A stretch of 64,000 nucleotides of DNA from Lama glama (taxonomy: Eukaryota): assembly GCA_028534125.1 (NCBI GenBank), contig CM052817.1, forward strand, positions 46,812,001-46,876,000, read 5' to 3'. This document shows positions 63,501 to 64,000 of this stretch, piece by piece (position 1 is the stretch's first letter; each line of letters starts with the position of its first letter). A program made the translations under genes and the position numbers. Under the pieces are notes generated by a model. It did not search any database, was not told the DNA's origin, and saw nothing but the letters and a program-made list of their open reading frames with translations.

Positions 63501-64000
63501 AACTTTTTTTTGTAAATTCCAAATTTGTGCAACCAAGTACTGTTTATATATTTTTTATATGCAAATATGAAACATATGAGAAGCTGTTTCAGGCACTTAA
63601 TGACTGTATATTCTAGTTTTATTATTTCTGCTTGAACTAGTTTTAGTTGTTTTCTGTAAGGATTGCTTTAGAAATGAGAAATTTTACAAATACTTCTCAA
63701 ATACTTCTCTCTTTTAATTTTAATTAAATTAAACATTCTTTCTTCGCATATAGCATTTGATACATTTTTGCTTTAGAAGAGTAGCAATTTTTTTGAAAAT
63801 AAAAATATTTTTAATATTAAGTATAATAACTCTCATGCCTAATCTTGTTCCTTTGTTATCTAGAGCCAGGGTTTCTAGCTTTATGTGTAGTTGATTTTGC
63901 AGGTTGTAATATATAAGCTAAAAGCTCCGAATCTTTATGGTTGTTCCTTAGAGATACAGTGGGTTGAAGATTTGGCTGAACCCTTTAGGGTGTAACTTAA

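Larger units (their letters stand above)
29276..64000 (+). other. ANKRD17: ANKRD17 intron 1 (continues beyond window), GC donor
   Basis: The expected next coding sequence (VESFILDQDDLENP) was not found in the window; sequence is AT-rich and repeat-filled. Confidence 0.85.

Overview
AT-rich, repeat-dense mammalian genomic DNA, most likely a camelid (three vic-1-type tRNA-Ala-derived SINEs). The window holds the 5' end of ANKRD17 on the + strand: a CpG-island promoter (~28.0-29.5 kb), coding exon 1 (28859-29275, ending at a non-canonical GC splice donor) and ~35 kb of intron 1. The intron contains a short alternative first coding exon (60545-60598, MVETAAEMEAYVLEDILE) preceded by two tiny uORFs; the ORF track misses it. 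Exon 2 was not found in the window. The 28 kb upstream is intergenic and filled with L1, L2, MIR, MaLR/ERVL and DNA-transposon relics. The most unusual item is a ~1.4-kb frameshifted fossil of a Ty3/Gypsy (Sushi/chromovirus-like) pol region (RNase H followed by integrase) at ~12.68-14.01 kb. Other points of interest: a perfect 10-bp VNTR with G-quadruplex potential in the promoter/5'UTR, an 11-Ala tract, an ERVL pol relic, nested LTR insertions and a near-perfect 64-bp dispersed duplication. Repeat family names come from recalled consensus sequences and most repeat boundaries are approximate; no database search was run. I saw no evidence of a wholly new multi-gene system.
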